From assembly GCA_010015805.1 (NCBI GenBank), contig ML978130.1, positions 682,001 to 746,000 of the forward strand: 64,000 bases of DNA, written 5' to 3'. This document shows positions 62,043 to 64,000 of the stretch, one piece after another. Position numbers and translations under genes: made by a program. Source of the DNA: Rhizodiscina lignyota (lineage: Eukaryota). How positions within the stretch are numbered: position 1 is the stretch's first letter; each line of letters opens with the position of its first letter. The notes under the pieces are model-generated. The model searched no databases. It saw only the letters and a list, made by a program, of their open reading frames with translations, and was not told where the DNA came from.

Positions 62043-64000
62043 AATGGCTCTCGAAGCTCTGAATACTCGAGACCTTATGAGATCGGGTCTGTAGCGATGG
62101 TCTCTTTGTTTAATGGGTACATTCCAGTTTTAGATGAAGTGAAAAATGGAGTTGGGATGATAAGGTGATGTAGATGCAGCACAAAATTCTTGATTGCAAA
62201 GGTGCTGTCGTCATGACAGCACAGATATCCTACCTCCTTGCGTTGAATCTAAGTTCTTCTCGGTCTATAATCAACTGCATTCATGTCAAGCAAGAAAGGT
62301 GGACTCCGGCCTCCCCCGCCCGGAAATTTGACAGTAACAATTTCGGCAGCGAGGGCGACCGGAGTGTGACCGGGGTTTCACCGCCGCCAACCTCTCCCTC
62401 GACCAGGGGAATAAGGCTGGTGCCCGACGGGCGCTGCCAATCAAGAAGTCGAAGACTGCCCAATCGCTATTAGTCTTGCATTAGCAAGGTAGGATCCTCT
62501 TCCTTGAACTTAACCGCTGACCAACGTTTCACCGTTCCATTGCGACGTGCTGCGCAGTTGCCGTCAATATCGATGGGACACCATCGACATACCGAGGACA
62601 CTCCTCTCCACAGCTCTGATTTTGTTCATTCTGTGGTATTGCCGCATATCGTGCCTAGCTTTTCAGTCTGAGCTGGAGCTGAGACTCGTGAAGAGGCGGC
62701 GGTGGAGGATCGACGACAACTCTACTCAAAGAGGACATCCTAAGATGCATACTGTCGAGCCACACAGGTCATTGGGCATGCCATAACCCGACGTCATTGG
62801 CACGAATCGGCCGCATGCACAACACTCTTTTTCTCTCCACTCTTTAGGAAGCAAGGTCTCCGGCCTGAGCCTACCGCATCTGGCGAACCGCATCGGGGGA
62901 GGCGGGAGACGCCGAGTGTGCAGGTTATGGTTTGCATATCGTATTTTGGGGCGGTGCAAGCATTGGGCGTCGGTGGCTGGTGAATTAATTTGAACGATTG
63001 GAACGAATTAGAAAATTCGGAAGCGGAAAAGACCTCCATTCATCCAATCATGCACTGCCGTGCGGTGCATATATGTACGACAATCTGCAAGCGGGACTAA
63101 AACTGGTATCGGGCACTTTGAGAAGGGCAACTGTTTGCGTCACAGAAGCCTCGTTCTTCTTGCCGTTCAATTAACTGGCGATGCTGCTGGAATGAGAGCG
63201 TTCCTCTCCTAAGCAAGGCAACTACTTCCATGACGCACGATGGCACGGAACACTGAAGGATTCGGGGCATCTGCAGGAGCGGAGCGTCAGCAAGTGCATC
63301 TGAGGAGGGTGAACTTTCGCCAATCTTCAGTCCGCATTCATCCCCAAGTAATGGAGGCGTGATGGTCCGCTTGCGCCATACAATGCACGAAGGTGAGCTG
63401 CGGAGATGAACATACACCCACCCGCAAAGGGGTGTCTGCCTTACCTGAATTCTAAGCAGCGTGTAACGAAAGCATGTATGGGAGCAACTTATGCACCGTC
63501 TGTTGATGGCTTGTTAGCGGCTGATTCTCCTATAAAGTTAAGTACTTACCGACTTTATTCATTCCCATACACTATTTGATTTACAATTTACAATGTTGAA
63601 GTCAATGTCCCCTTCTCCCTCCCCTTTTGATGTTCTTTTCTGTTGAACTCGTCGCGGTGTTGCAATCTGCTGCAATCTACTCATGTGTAATTCCGCATCG
63701 TGTACGTAGTATACTGTTATGATCATTTCAAGAGTGTTAAACCCATTTCACAGAGGTCAGGATGTGCAAGACGCTTAGCCCTGAAGCGACGGAACTGTTC
63801 GTAAAGTTTGAGGAAGGGGGGCCTTGTCAAGATTACCAGGTGCGTCGCGTGGAGAGCCGAGCGAATGTGTGAAAGACGCTGATATAATCCGACGTAGCAG
63901 TCCGATTGTGGCACAATAACTGTCGCTCCCGAGAACAGCGCGTCTTGCAATCGATCCGAAGAGCAGCCAAGATATGGACAAGCTGATATCCGGGAGGGAT

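Noticed and set aside
1..64000. tRNA, 5S rRNA, snRNA and canonical TPP riboswitch
   Set aside because: Visual scan of GTTCGA/TCGAAC, 5S-like and CTGAGA contexts gave no convincing structure. tRNAscan-SE and Infernal are needed to exclude them formally.

Overview
Eukaryotic DNA from a filamentous ascomycete (Pezizomycotina, probably a Dothideomycete), judged from short GT-AG introns with CTRAC/CTAAC branch points and the gene content. I can support about 28 protein-coding loci, with exons joined by eye. 0.4-14.5 kb holds conserved genes: a GGCT/AIG2-like protein, a Ulp2-type SUMO protease, a class II eIF4E, PP1 inhibitor-2/Glc8, nmrA and mitochondrial L19. 15-31 kb looks accessory: an intronless Pol-beta-like nucleotidyltransferase, a bacterial-style alpha/beta hydrolase, two divergent FAD monooxygenases, an MFS transporter, a PD-(D/E)xK-like nuclease gene, a truncated esterase and a stop-interrupted C2H2 gene. 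31-60 kb holds an MDR reductase, glycogen synthase, an SDR, a head-to-head intronless pair (sterol-glucosyltransferase-like gene and HET-domain gene), Mak31/Naa38, a 2OG-Fe(II) dioxygenase with an unusually long intron, a GH10 xylanase, a Mid2-like membrane protein, DUF302, a BBE-like oxidase and a DUF6594-like gene. 60-64 kb is gene-poor. I recognised no tRNA, rRNA, CRISPR or intact transposon. The best leads for an undescribed system are the glycosyltransferase/HET pair, the monooxygenase-MFS-hydrolase cluster, and the orphan NTase and nuclease genes. All family assignments come from motif recognition, not database searches.
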